Positions 9,015-19,664 of a stretch of 64,000 bases of DNA are shown in pieces. This DNA comes from Bacteroidaceae bacterium (GTDB lineage: Bacteria > Bacteroidota > Bacteroidia > Bacteroidales > Bacteroidaceae). The notes under the pieces were generated by a model. The model was not told where the DNA came from. It saw only the letters and a program-made list of their open reading frames with translations, and made no database searches. The position numbers and the translations under genes are program-made. The stretch lies in the NCBI GenBank assembly GCA_017540585.1, contig JAFYAT010000102.1, forward strand, positions 47,221-111,220. The letters run 5' to 3'. Every line of letters begins with the position of its first letter. Position 1 is the first letter of the stretch.

Positions 9015-10457
9015 ATGAAGAAAGTATTAACCATTCTGCTTTCAGCAATCACCATTGGCTCACATGCGCAGGACTTTGACCGATACTTTGAGGACAAGAC
9101 TTTGAGACTGGATTACATCCTTGCCGGTGACGCCAAAGAGCAGCAAATATTTCTTGAAGAAATGATGCAGCAGGACAAATGGGCAGGAAGGCGCAACAGA
9201 TTATCAGAAAAGTTTCTCAATGGTAACGGTCAGATTGTTGTCCGCGACCAGAAGACTAAAGACATTATATATATATGGACGTTTTCAACTCTCTTTCAGG
9301 AATGGCTCCAGTATGACGAGGCAAAGAAGGTGAAGAAGGCTTTCGAGGCTTCGTACAACATACCTTTTCCTAAAGCTCCAATTGACATAACAATCACACT
9401 TACGGACAATCACGGAAAGGTAACGACGGAACTCACCCATAGCGTTGACCCTAAGGACATCCTTATCCGCAGGATTGGTGACAATGGCATTCCGTTCCAT
9501 TATGTTTGGAAAGGCAACAACACATCTACACCTAAAGAAACAGAAGATGTGCTCAACAAAACAAACGATTCGTCTAAACCAATCAAGCGAAATTACGTCT
9601 ATACAGAATATAATCCGATGGAAGGCGTAAACATAGAGAATTGTGTTGACCTTGCCATAGTAGCAGAAGGATATACAGAAGCACAGATGGGCAAGTTCTA
9701 CAACGACTGTCAGCGTGCCGTGGATGCACTCTTTGCACGCGAGCCTTTCAAGAGTCTCAAGAACAGGTTCAATGTGGTGGCTGTGGCAGCCCCTTCTCAG
9801 GATGCAGGTCCATCCGTTCCCCACACAGGAGTATGGAAGAGAGGCACAAGCGGAGCGCACTACGACACATTTTATAGTGACCGCTATCTGATGTCGCAAA
9901 ATATGCACCAGATATACGACTTGTTATCAGGTGTTCCTTTTGAGCACATCATGGTACTCGTCAACTCCGACACCTACGGAGGAGGAGGAATATACAATCA
10001 GGTAACGTTCTCAACAAGTGACCACCCAACTTTCAAGGAAGTCTTTGTACATGAATTTGGTCACAGTTACGCAGGACTTGCCGACGAGTATGCATACGAC
10101 GACATGGACGAGCAATGGTATCCAGCTGACACTGAGCCTTGGGAACCGAACATCACGACACTCAAGGACTTCAACAGCAAGTGGGCAGACATGATGCCGA
10201 AGAAGACACCTATTCCTACTCCACTCGACCCAAAGGTACCAAACTTCCGTAGCATGGACAAAAATGATGCAAAGGAGATGGCAAAGCTAAATGCAGCCAC
10301 ACAGGTCGTAGGAGTATTTGAGGGAGCAGGTTATCAGAGCAAGGGCTGTTACCGTCCTGCACAGGAATGTAGAATGAAGATAAACGAAGTCGAGGACTTC
10401 TGTCCAGTATGCAGCCGTGCCATCCGTAGAATAACAGATTTCTATACAGCAAAATAA
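9015..10457 (+). CDS. Peptidase M64 (IgA-peptidase-like zinc metallopeptidase)
   Basis: 480 aa with a signal peptide. HEFGHSYAGLADEY zinc motif. The SDTYGGGGIYN segment and overall layout are typical of M64. Confidence 0.88.
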   Translation: MKKVLTILLSAITIGSHAQDFDRYFEDKTLRLDYILAGDAKEQQIFLEEMMQQDKWAGRRNRLSEKFLNGNGQIVVRDQKTKDIIYIWTFSTLFQEWLQYDEAKKVKKAFEASYNIPFPKAPIDITITLTDNHGKVTTELTHSVDPKDILIRRIGDNGIPFHYVWKGNNTSTPKETEDVLNKTNDSSKPIKRNYVYTEYNPMEGVNIENCVDLAIVAEGYTEAQMGKFYNDCQRAVDALFAREPFKSLKNRFNVVAVAAPSQDAGPSVPHTGVWKRGTSGAHYDTFYSDRYLMSQNMHQIYDLLSGVPFEHIMVLVNSDTYGGGGIYNQVTFSTSDHPTFKEVFVHEFGHSYAGLADEYAYDDMDEQWYPADTEPWEPNITTLKDFNSKWADMMPKKTPIPTPLDPKVPNFRSMDKNDAKEMAKLNAATQVVGVFEGAGYQSKGCYRPAQECRMKINEVEDFCPVCSRAIRRITDFYTAK

Positions 10458-10490
10458 CATAAAGAGAACATAAAGCAAGCATAAAGAATA
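10458..10490. repeat. Three CATAAAG units in 11-bp register
   Basis: CATAAAG occurs at 10458, 10469 and 10480, in the 52-nt gap between the M64 gene and the first GH gene. Confidence 0.8.
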
Positions 10491-10509
10491 TTCTAAAAAA
10501 ATAACCAAT

Positions 10510-13422
10510 ATGAAGATTAAAACTTTAACCTTCGCATTACTGTTCGGACTTGTGCTGACTGTTAATGCAGCAAACAAAACACAAAGGGTAACACAATGTG
10601 CAACCTCCGTGACTCTCACAGAGGCTGTTGATTATGCCATCACAAGTACAGAGCCATTCTCTACAGCTGGTACAATCGACATTGCCAATCCTGATGCAGC
10701 TGTCATCTTCGAGAACATCCGTCCTTCAGATGTCATCAGCAAATATCTTGTCAAGGTAACAGCCAATGGCGTTGCACTCAAGAACAACGTCAACTGTCGT
10801 GTCAGCATCTATCGCCACGGAGCAATCGTATTGCCTCATAGCGACACAAAGAATCCTGACGGAACAGACTTCTACCCACTTACTACATATAGTGGTGACA
10901 ACTTCACGGGCGAAGTTAATCAGTACAACAAGACAACACGCTACACCAAGGCTGGTGGTAACTTCCCTATCCGCTCTTTCAAGATTAAGCGCGGATACAT
11001 GGTTACCATGGCAAACAACACAGATGGTACTGGTTACAGCCATTGCTTCATCGCCAATAGCGGAGACAGAGAGGTTGACTTGACTAAAGAAGGAAATGGA
11101 AAGGGAGCATTCCTTGCTGACAAGGTAGGTTTCTTCCGTATCTTCCGTTGGCAGTGGCCAGGTAAGTTGGGTATGAGTGATGCACGTGATGACAAACTCA
11201 TCAACCTAACTAATGCTTCATGGTTCTATGACTGGGGAGCTGGCAACAGCCTTCGTGACAACGCAGAGTACGTACCACAGCGTCACCATGAGGATGGTAT
11301 TTCAAACGGAGGAGAACGTAAGTGGGCATGGTCAAGTTTCAGCTCAATAAACGGATTGGAGAATACCAATACACATATCCTCGGACAAAACGAGCCAGAC
11401 AATACTGGAGGAGGAAATGAGGTTTACACATACGTAACAAAGATTCCAGACAACCCAAGAGAAAAGCATGGTGACTACCCTCTCGTAAATGTAGCCAAGG
11501 ACTTCCTCTACAGCGGTATGCGTATCGGAACATTTGCTTGCTGTAACCCAAACACAGGTTGGGTTTCTGAATATGTGAACTGGTGTCGTAACAACAACAT
11601 ACGTGTTGACTTCGTTGCCACACACTATTATATAGGTGGACAAGATCCTGCAAGATGTGTGGCCAGCCTCAAGTCACTCCATGATGTAACAGGTCTTCCT
11701 GTATGGGCAACAGAATGGAACAATGGCGCCAACTGGACAGGCGAAGGCGGTTTCAGCACAGATGGTGGCTGGTACTCATGGGGTAGCGGTAACGACCAGC
11801 AGAAGAACGGAGAATGGCTCAGGGATGTACTCAAGCGTGCCGACAAAGAGCCTTGGCTTGAGCGTCTTGCAGTATATAACGCAGTTGAAGGCAAGCGTGA
11901 GATATGGACAAACGGTGCACCTACAAAGGCAGCCGAAGTTCTCTCTACATATAAGTCAGGATTTGCATACAACGATGCAAACGAATATTGGATGCCTTGG
12001 ACATACATGGCACCATCTGACCTCGTTGCATCATACGATGCCAAGACAAAACTTGTGACACTCCGTTGGAAGCACCTCAACGGTAAGCAGACAAACAGCG
12101 TATCAGTAGAGTATAGAACACAGAATTCTGCTTTGTGGACAGAACTTGGAAAGATTGAGAACCTCTACAATACTGATGTTACATACACAAATAAGACACT
12201 CCCATTCCTTGATATGTCAGGTAAAACTGGAGTAATATATTTCCGCATCAAGGATAAGGACTTCGACAACAAGACACGTACATCCAATGATGCAACAATC
12301 TCTATCCCTGATGTCAAGAACATTGACGGAGCAGAGATTGGAAGACTGTTTGTAGCAAATGATGATCCTATAACAGTTATCTACGACAAATCATTCTCAA
12401 AGTCACCAGCTATCATCATGGGTACAATGACAAACAACAACAACAAATTGTATCCAAGCAATGTCATCACATCAACCGGATTGTCATCATTCGATTTCAA
12501 GGTATTCTCTTGGCAGAAACAGCCAAACAGCGTAACAACACTCACCAAGAGAGAGGAACTTTCATTCCTCGCTATGGAACCAGGTGTAAGAAAGATTGGT
12601 AATCTCGATGTTGTCGTAGGAAAGCAGATCGTAGAAAAGGATGAGACAGAGGTTGTGTTTGAACAGCCATTCCCAGAAGGAGTAACTCCAGTAGTCATTG
12701 GTACTGTACAGAAGCTCCCTAGCTCATACATGAACTACCCAATATCACTTGTCATCAAGGATGTAACAAACAAGGGTTTCAAGTGCTATGTCAAGTTTGA
12801 GAACGCAGAGACAAAGAGTCTCGTTTTGAGCGTCAACATCGGCTTTATTGCAATCACTCCAGGAGCAAGCTATTTAAATGACGACAAGAGTCTCATCATC
12901 CACGCAGGCATTGGAGAGAATACACTTTACGGCTCAAGTGCAAAGCTTATTGAGTACAAAGATGGCGACAACAGATTGTACTTCAAGAACACAATGCTCT
13001 TTGCATATTCACAGACGAATAACTACCCATCTGCTACAATCATACGTAAAGCTTACGACGAGACTGTAACAGATCAGGCAGACGAGCGTTACGGATATAT
13101 ATATGGTAGCAGAGTAAAGAGAATGATTGACACATCTAAGGCAACTGGTGTAAATGACAGAGAAGAATCTGGAGACAAAGTCGGATACATCATTATTGCA
13201 GAGGTTGATGGCAAGACACCTGAATTGACAGCCATATCAGAGACGACTGCTGACGGAGCATCACTCCCTACTGTCAATGGAAACAGAATTACAGTCCCTG
13301 GTACAACAGACTTTGAGGTATTCAACTCATCTGGCACAAAGGTTAATGCAAATGCACCTCTTTCTGCAGGTATCTACGTAGTCAAGGTTGCAGGAGTTTC
13401 ATACAAGGTAATCGTAAAATAA
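10510..13422 (+). CDS. Secreted clan GH-A glycoside hydrolase (PF11790 catalytic-core / GH128-like) with a T9SS sorting tail
   Basis: 970 aa with a signal peptide. Motifs NASWFYDWG, ILGQNEPD (acid/base region), ATHYY and VWATEWNNG (nucleophile region). The C-terminus, ...TVPGTTDFEVFNSSGTKVNANAPLSAGIYVVKVAGVSYKVIVK, resembles a T9SS CTD. It shares an N-terminal NIRPS...NCRVxIYxHGAxVxP module with the next gene. Confidence 0.72.
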   Translation: MKIKTLTFALLFGLVLTVNAANKTQRVTQCATSVTLTEAVDYAITSTEPFSTAGTIDIANPDAAVIFENIRPSDVISKYLVKVTANGVALKNNVNCRVSIYRHGAIVLPHSDTKNPDGTDFYPLTTYSGDNFTGEVNQYNKTTRYTKAGGNFPIRSFKIKRGYMVTMANNTDGTGYSHCFIANSGDREVDLTKEGNGKGAFLADKVGFFRIFRWQWPGKLGMSDARDDKLINLTNASWFYDWGAGNSLRDNAEYVPQRHHEDGISNGGERKWAWSSFSSINGLENTNTHILGQNEPDNTGGGNEVYTYVTKIPDNPREKHGDYPLVNVAKDFLYSGMRIGTFACCNPNTGWVSEYVNWCRNNNIRVDFVATHYYIGGQDPARCVASLKSLHDVTGLPVWATEWNNGANWTGEGGFSTDGGWYSWGSGNDQQKNGEWLRDVLKRADKEPWLERLAVYNAVEGKREIWTNGAPTKAAEVLSTYKSGFAYNDANEYWMPWTYMAPSDLVASYDAKTKLVTLRWKHLNGKQTNSVSVEYRTQNSALWTELGKIENLYNTDVTYTNKTLPFLDMSGKTGVIYFRIKDKDFDNKTRTSNDATISIPDVKNIDGAEIGRLFVANDDPITVIYDKSFSKSPAIIMGTMTNNNNKLYPSNVITSTGLSSFDFKVFSWQKQPNSVTTLTKREELSFLAMEPGVRKIGNLDVVVGKQIVEKDETEVVFEQPFPEGVTPVVIGTVQKLPSSYMNYPISLVIKDVTNKGFKCYVKFENAETKSLVLSVNIGFIAITPGASYLNDDKSLIIHAGIGENTLYGSSAKLIEYKDGDNRLYFKNTMLFAYSQTNNYPSATIIRKAYDETVTDQADERYGYIYGSRVKRMIDTSKATGVNDREESGDKVGYIIIAEVDGKTPELTAISETTADGASLPTVNGNRITVPGTTDFEVFNSSGTKVNANAPLSAGIYVVKVAGVSYKVIVK

Positions 13423-16400
13423 TGAATACACGTAACATAATGATGAGAGCAATCTTTGCGGTTGCTCTCATCTTTGCTAATACAGCAAAAGCACAGGATA
13501 ATACCATCCATGATGGTGGAGAGTATTACCTTTATAATATATACTATGACAGATGTCTTGGTGGTAATGCAGAAAACAACGGTCCCGCACTTTCCAAGAC
13601 AGGTAACGACATGAGCAACTACGTGTGGGTAGCAGAAGCATCTTCACTCCACTCTGGCTGGTATTGGCTTAGACATAAGGCAACAGGCAAATACCTTCAG
13701 GCAAGCAACAAGGAAGGAGACACATGGAGTTGCTGGTTTGCTGGAAGCCTGAACAAGGCATACAACTCATACGAATGGCTATTGCAAGAAGGCGAGGATG
13801 GCTACATCAAGTCAAATCGTGGTGAAGCAATCAATGGCGCAAACAAATGCTATCTCGGAATTGACAAGGGTGCGGAATCCAAAGACTACATATCCATATA
13901 TTACGACAAGGCACTTGGAGAAATATCCGCATGGCAGATTGTAGATGCACACTCCCCTCTTGCCGACAGCCGTCTAAAACTCTACACAGGCAAACTCGAT
14001 GAAACAATCGCACGTGGAGAGGCTATATACGATAATCCGTACTACAACAAGCCTGACGAGCTGGCTGTTGCACTTTATAATGCTCGTAGCGCAAGGGAAA
14101 CAGCGTCTTTAGACAACGTAAACATGATGGTTACGGCCACTAAAGCACTTGTTGCCGCCATCACAAATGCACAGGAAGGCAAATACAAGATTATCATCTC
14201 TGGCAGCAGCATGGGTAACTATGACAAGTTCATCGTTGACATCAATGCTCTTAAGGTCAGTAACGAAGAAGTGGAATTTGTCATCCGCTCTGCAAACAAA
14301 TCTGGAGCAATAGTATATATCAGTTCAAAGAGCATAAGGATTGGCGAAACAACGATTAACACAGACGGTAACTACGAAAAACTTTCCCTCAGGTTTAATG
14401 GAAAGAACGTAGAAGTATCACAGAACGGTAAAGTTGTTGGCAACATTCCTCAATCAATCGTTCCTGTCGTAACATCCGTAGGTCAGTCAGCTGAGATATC
14501 AATTATCGGAGAGGAACTGATAAGCGACTGTCAGATGACATATACTCCAATTACAGAAGGTGACAAGCTCACTCCTAATGAGTATGGCAAATACACGTCA
14601 TATTGCATATATATGAAAGGTGGCAGTCTGGATACTCCACTTCTTGTCAACGAGAAGACAAATATGCACGTGCTTGCGACGGAGAATCCTTTAGGCAGTT
14701 CAATTGTATCACTCCATGGCGATGGCGCATACCTTATCTTTGACAATATTCGTCCATCAATAGTAAAGAAAAAATATCTCAAACAGATACGTATCGATGG
14801 CAAGACTGCTATTGACGGTACAAACTGCCGTGTCGCCATCTATCTCCACGGCGCTGTTGTCTATCCTTTCACAAAGAACGACATTGCTATGTATGCATAT
14901 TCAGGCGAATTATATAGCGGTACTGAATATCAGTTAAAGCTTGGCAAGAACGACAATCTCGGCACAGCAGACAACGAGATTAGTTCATTCATACTCAAAC
15001 AAGGTTACATGGTGTGCCTTTCTACTGTCAAGGATGGTTCTGGCTATAGCCGCATCTACGTTGCTGACCATGGCGACAAGCGTAATGATGTCGTCCCCGA
15101 CCTTCTTAGAGGACGTATATCAAGGGCATATATACGCAAATGGAACTGGGTAAGCAAAAAGGGATGGTGTTCAACAGAAAGTTCATCTGCCATAGAAGCA
15201 GAAGGCAAGGAACTTGGCTGCACATGGTTCTACACATGGAGCGCCGACCGTTCCTCTACTACCGACATGGAGTATGTACCACACAAGAATCATATCTATT
15301 GGCCTTCATGGTCAAACATAGACAGGGATGATGCCACAGCCGTACTTGGCTACAATGAGCCAGATCACTCTGAACAACATTCTGACGACTGTGGTACGAC
15401 CATTGACCCTTGGAAAGCATGTACTCATCAACCAGAGTTCATGGCATGCGGACTTCGCATCGGCTCACCATGTCCTACAGATGCTTCATGGGTAAAGCAA
15501 TTCATCAAGCATTGTGACGACATGGCATACCGTTGCGACTTCGTAACCTTCCATGCCTATTGGGGAACAAACGAGGCTGCAAACTCTGACAGTTGGTGGT
15601 GGCAACTTGAACAGATATACAAGGACACAGGTCGCCCAATATGGTTGACAGAGTGGAACAATGGAGCATCATGGACAACAGAAGGATGGCCATCAAGCTA
15701 CTCAGACAAACTTGCAAAGCAGAAGAATGCCATCAAGTACATTCTCTCCGTTCTTGACAACGCCAGCTTCATCGAAAGATATTCACTTTACAACTGGGAT
15801 TCTTACTATCGTGCTGCAATCTCATGGGACAGCGACAAGAACAGTTGGTGGGTAACACCATGTGGCGAAGTCTATCGTGACACTCACCCTACTCATGCCT
15901 ATAACGAGAAGATGCAAAAAGTTCCAATAGGATGGTTCCCGGGCATCAACAAGGAAAATAAATTCAGCTTCACCTTCGTTGAGAGTACACAGAACATTCT
16001 AATGTCCATCACCAACAAGAACGGTGATTTCACAGGACAGGAGATTATTGAGTACAAGGATGCTGATGGAAAGTGGAAAACCTTCTATGACAATTCAAGT
16101 AAACGAAGTAAGTTTGAAAGCAGTAAACTGAGAATGGAAAACGTCTCACTTGATAATTGCAATACGCAACTATTCACAAACGAAAAGTTGACTTTACGTT
16201 TACGTATTATCACCCTGAAGGGAGATGCTACCACAACGGAAGCTGTGACAAAGGACATTCCAGAAAGCATAAGAAACAGATACAACGAAGCCGTAGGCAT
16301 AAACAAGGTTACTCACGATGACTCTCAAGCTGAGTACTACACTCTTGATGGAAAGAAGACGAACTATCCAACATCCCAAAAAGTGTACATATATAAGAAC

Positions 16401-16433
16401 AAAAAAGGAGAGACAAAGAAAGTTACAAAGTAA
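13422..16433 (+). CDS. Paralogous secreted PF11790/GH128-like hydrolase with an extra N-terminal domain and a T9SS sorting tail
   Basis: 1003 aa. The start overlaps the previous stop by 1 nt (TAATG). Motifs CTWFYTWS, VLGYNEPD, FVTFHAYWG and IWLTEWNNG. The first ~170 aa are rich in W/Y/G, possibly lectin-like. The C-terminus YYTLDGKKTNYPTSQKVYIYKNKKGETKKVTK is CTD-like. Confidence 0.72.
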   Translation: MNTRNIMMRAIFAVALIFANTAKAQDNTIHDGGEYYLYNIYYDRCLGGNAENNGPALSKTGNDMSNYVWVAEASSLHSGWYWLRHKATGKYLQASNKEGDTWSCWFAGSLNKAYNSYEWLLQEGEDGYIKSNRGEAINGANKCYLGIDKGAESKDYISIYYDKALGEISAWQIVDAHSPLADSRLKLYTGKLDETIARGEAIYDNPYYNKPDELAVALYNARSARETASLDNVNMMVTATKALVAAITNAQEGKYKIIISGSSMGNYDKFIVDINALKVSNEEVEFVIRSANKSGAIVYISSKSIRIGETTINTDGNYEKLSLRFNGKNVEVSQNGKVVGNIPQSIVPVVTSVGQSAEISIIGEELISDCQMTYTPITEGDKLTPNEYGKYTSYCIYMKGGSLDTPLLVNEKTNMHVLATENPLGSSIVSLHGDGAYLIFDNIRPSIVKKKYLKQIRIDGKTAIDGTNCRVAIYLHGAVVYPFTKNDIAMYAYSGELYSGTEYQLKLGKNDNLGTADNEISSFILKQGYMVCLSTVKDGSGYSRIYVADHGDKRNDVVPDLLRGRISRAYIRKWNWVSKKGWCSTESSSAIEAEGKELGCTWFYTWSADRSSTTDMEYVPHKNHIYWPSWSNIDRDDATAVLGYNEPDHSEQHSDDCGTTIDPWKACTHQPEFMACGLRIGSPCPTDASWVKQFIKHCDDMAYRCDFVTFHAYWGTNEAANSDSWWWQLEQIYKDTGRPIWLTEWNNGASWTTEGWPSSYSDKLAKQKNAIKYILSVLDNASFIERYSLYNWDSYYRAAISWDSDKNSWWVTPCGEVYRDTHPTHAYNEKMQKVPIGWFPGINKENKFSFTFVESTQNILMSITNKNGDFTGQEIIEYKDADGKWKTFYDNSSKRSKFESSKLRMENVSLDNCNTQLFTNEKLTLRLRIITLKGDATTTEAVTKDIPESIRNRYNEAVGINKVTHDDSQAEYYTLDGKKTNYPTSQKVYIYKNKKGETKKVTK

Positions 16434-16544
16434 TTGCACTATGTAACATTTAGCAATAATTTGTAACTTAGCATACGTACAACGATAGTCAAAATGTAAA
16501 AAAATACATTTTTTTAACATTTTGTTACATTACAAATAAAAAAG

Positions 16545-16576
16545 GCGAAGATGATTTTACTCATTTTCGCTTTTTT
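16545..16576 (+). terminator. Rho-independent-type terminator after the second GH gene
   Basis: GCGAAGATGA (16545-16554) pairs with TCATTTTCGC (16561-16570), with one G-U pair, followed by TTTTTT (16571-16576). Confidence 0.7.
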
Positions 16577-16579
16577 CAG

Positions 16580-16587
16580 TATATTTG
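16580..16587 (+). promoter_or_regulatory. Candidate -7 box TATATTTG for the FAS1/SusC/SusD block
   Basis: Matches TAnnTTTG. It lies 82 nt upstream of the ATG at 16669, directly after the terminator. Confidence 0.55.
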
Positions 16588-16668
16588 CACGGATTAAAAT
16601 CGTCCTCACTTATTGAGAACAATTACCAAGAGAATAAAGAAAAAATTAAATTACACTAACTAAACTAT

Positions 16669-19653
16669 ATGAACATACGCTTTTGTACATTAGGGAACTA
16701 TGCCTTAAAGGCATTCTTCCTTACTGCAATCTGCGGGGCGACTTACTCTTGTAAGGACGACTATACGCTTGACGACACTACGCCTTCATGGCTCGGTTCA
16801 AGCATATACGAGTACCTTGAAGAGGATGGTAACTACACTAACTTCGTCAAGCTCATCAATGATCTTGACTACAAGGAAGTGTTGGCTCGTACAGGTTCAA
16901 AAACGCTTTTCGTTGCTGACGATAACGCGTTTAAATCTTTCTATTCAAACAATCCATGGGGAGTTAGTAACTATGATCAGTTGTCATTGAGCCAGAAGAA
17001 GATTCTTCTCAATGGTTCAATGATTAACAACGCATACCTCCTCGAAATGATGTCAAGCATCCCTGCTGGCGGTAATGACAACGATGTACCAACAAGAGGT
17101 GAATGTATGAGACGTGAAACTGCATTGGACGTCACAGACTCTATTCCACACCTTTTTGCTAAGGACATTCCTGTCAACTACAGCACAGACAAGAACGAAA
17201 AAGATTACTGGAAGCGCTTCCGCGAAAAAGGTATCTATCTCGCTCTTGATGGCTCTCCATCAATGATGGCACATTTCCTCAATGCTCAACTCAGCAACAA
17301 GAACATTACTGATGATGATTTCGAGCGCATCGTTGGTGTTAAGCGTGACAAGAACGACGCTTTTATCTTTGACAACAAGGTTATCAAGCAGGACATCACA
17401 TGTCAGAATGGATACATCAATGTTCTTGACAAGGTAAACATCACTCCACAGAATATGGCAGAGGCACTCCGCACAGGAAAGGATACCAAGATATTCTCTC
17501 ACATGTTGGATCGTTTCTCTGCACCATTCTACGATGCCTCACTGACAGAACGAGCAAGACTCATCTACGGAAATCATATAGATTCCGTTTTTGTTAAGAA
17601 TTACTTCTCTCTCCGTTCTCATGGAGAAACGGGTCTTCTTTCCGATAGAGGAACTGACCCAACAAACAATCCAAACGGAAATGCCGTATTCGACAAAAAT
17701 TCCAACAAGCCACTTCCTTTCGATCCAGGATGGAACGCATATTATGTAAACAGTAAGACTGGTCCAACACTGGATATGGCTGCCATCTTCTGTCCTAACG
17801 ACAAGAAGTTGATGGACTATTTCTTCACTCCTGGCGCTGGTGGTAACTTCCTTATCAAGGCATATGCTGGAGACCTTATAAATACGGTTTCAGCAGACAC
17901 TGAGGACATGGATGCTGTATATAGGGTTCTTGACTGCATTCCACGTAATGTTATCCGTGCACTCGTGAGCAATCTCATGAAAGAATCTTTCATTTCGTCT
18001 GTGCCAAGCAAGTTCGAGACAATCAAGAACTCTGCACAGGACCCAATGTTTGACGAAGATAAGGATTATCATCGTGAAAATATTCAGTACTGTATTCTTG
18101 CTAACAATGGTATCATCTACGTCATGGATGAGGTTACTACTCCTGCAGAATACGCAGCAGTAAGTGCACCTGCATACGTAGAGCAGGACAAGAAGATTTT
18201 CAACTGGGCTATCCAGTCAGCATCACTTGGTGGCATACCTACCAACTACTATGCTTATCTCCTTGCAATGAGTTCACGTTTCAGTTTCTTCGTACCACAG
18301 GATTATGAATTCACATACATTGACCCTGTATCTTTTGCTTCAGCAACTGCTGTCGGAGGTGAACTTATTGGTAAAGCATACAAACTTGAGTGGAATTCAG
18401 ACAAGAATGAGCCTGCTGCTAAAACATACAATTGTAAATACAACATCAAGAACAAGACTTGTGAACTTGGAGAGCAACTCACTTCTACAACAACATCTAA
18501 CATTTTCGGCAACCGACTCAAGGATATGCTTGAGACACACACTGTCATCCACGAAGACAACTCATCTTCTATAGGTATAGATGAGACAAAGACTGGTATG
18601 GAGTGTAACAAACATTATTTCCTTACAAAGAATGGTGCTGTAATCTTTGCCAACAATGCAGAGAAGAGAAATGGAGGCAAGGGAAATTGCATGACACTCA
18701 AGGGTGGATGGATGTTGAATGGTATCAGCCAGATAAATCCAGAAACAAATGGCGCTCTCGATAATTGCTCTGTTATCGGATTTGACGATAAGTCTGCACA
18801 GACATACAGCTATGGAAACGGTTTCGCATACATGATTGATGTTCCAGTACAGCCAACCATCGAATCTGTATATTCTATTCTTTACAATAACAAGAACTTC
18901 AGTAAGTTCTTCGACCTTTGCAAGCCAGATATCGAGGCACTTGAAAAATGTGGAATCAAAGATAAGACTACACAAAACAAATTCCTCATTTTTACAAACA
19001 GAGGAGGTATTCCATGCTTTGATGAAGATGGTAACAAAATTGATGAATCTACAAACGTACGTTTCTTCAACAACTACAACTATACTATCTACGTTCCAAC
19101 AAACGAAGCCATGGACGAAGCATTTGCAAAAGGTCTCCCTACATGGGAAGACGTTGCTGCCCTTGCTGACGTATCAACAGACAAAGAAGGTAATGACCTT
19201 CCAGAAGATGCTATTGAGGCAAGAAATGCAAAAGTTACTGCTATGGCAACCGCTATTATTAACTTTGTAAAGAATCACTTCCAGGATAACAGTATCTTTG
19301 CCGATACTCCAGAGATGAAGTCAAGCGTATTCGAGACTGCAACCCTCAATAGTGAGACACAAGTTTACAGTAAGGTACATGTTTCATCTGAAGGCAGTGC
19401 AAGCCTTGCAAATGCAAGCCTTACCATCACAGATGCAGTAGGACACGAATGTCATACTACAGGTGACAAGAATCTTATTGCTCGCGATTATATTATAAAG
19501 AGCAACAATATCATCTCATCATCTTCTGCTGTAATCCACGGTATTGACCACGTTCTTGACTACAAGACACTCGTTAATGGTCGTTACGACTCTGACTGGA
19601 AGACAGAGGCAAGAGCACGTAAGTACCTCAGCAGATACAGATTAACAAAATAA
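16669..19653 (+). CDS. Surface lipoprotein with three fasciclin (FAS1)-like domains
   Basis: 994 aa. Lipobox ...ATYSC followed by KDDY, an acidic surface-export-like signal. FAS1 H1/H2-like pairs are TLFVADDNAFKSF / NGYINVLDKV, IFCPNDKKLMDYF / NGIIYVMDEV and TIYVPTNEAMDEAF / AVIHGIDHVLD. Confidence 0.78.
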   Translation: MNIRFCTLGNYALKAFFLTAICGATYSCKDDYTLDDTTPSWLGSSIYEYLEEDGNYTNFVKLINDLDYKEVLARTGSKTLFVADDNAFKSFYSNNPWGVSNYDQLSLSQKKILLNGSMINNAYLLEMMSSIPAGGNDNDVPTRGECMRRETALDVTDSIPHLFAKDIPVNYSTDKNEKDYWKRFREKGIYLALDGSPSMMAHFLNAQLSNKNITDDDFERIVGVKRDKNDAFIFDNKVIKQDITCQNGYINVLDKVNITPQNMAEALRTGKDTKIFSHMLDRFSAPFYDASLTERARLIYGNHIDSVFVKNYFSLRSHGETGLLSDRGTDPTNNPNGNAVFDKNSNKPLPFDPGWNAYYVNSKTGPTLDMAAIFCPNDKKLMDYFFTPGAGGNFLIKAYAGDLINTVSADTEDMDAVYRVLDCIPRNVIRALVSNLMKESFISSVPSKFETIKNSAQDPMFDEDKDYHRENIQYCILANNGIIYVMDEVTTPAEYAAVSAPAYVEQDKKIFNWAIQSASLGGIPTNYYAYLLAMSSRFSFFVPQDYEFTYIDPVSFASATAVGGELIGKAYKLEWNSDKNEPAAKTYNCKYNIKNKTCELGEQLTSTTTSNIFGNRLKDMLETHTVIHEDNSSSIGIDETKTGMECNKHYFLTKNGAVIFANNAEKRNGGKGNCMTLKGGWMLNGISQINPETNGALDNCSVIGFDDKSAQTYSYGNGFAYMIDVPVQPTIESVYSILYNNKNFSKFFDLCKPDIEALEKCGIKDKTTQNKFLIFTNRGGIPCFDEDGNKIDESTNVRFFNNYNYTIYVPTNEAMDEAFAKGLPTWEDVAALADVSTDKEGNDLPEDAIEARNAKVTAMATAIINFVKNHFQDNSIFADTPEMKSSVFETATLNSETQVYSKVHVSSEGSASLANASLTITDAVGHECHTTGDKNLIARDYIIKSNNIISSSSAVIHGIDHVLDYKTLVNGRYDSDWKTEARARKYLSRYRLTK

Positions 19654-19664
19654 ACTTACATAGT

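Noticed and set aside
9285-9908. A 207-aa antisense ORF inside the M64 peptidase gene. Similar antisense ORFs lie at 25609-26103 (164 aa), 49784-50311 (175 aa) and 22116-22526.
   Set aside because: They are fully embedded opposite well-supported genes. Their translations are Cys/His/Val-rich nonsense with no recognisable domains.
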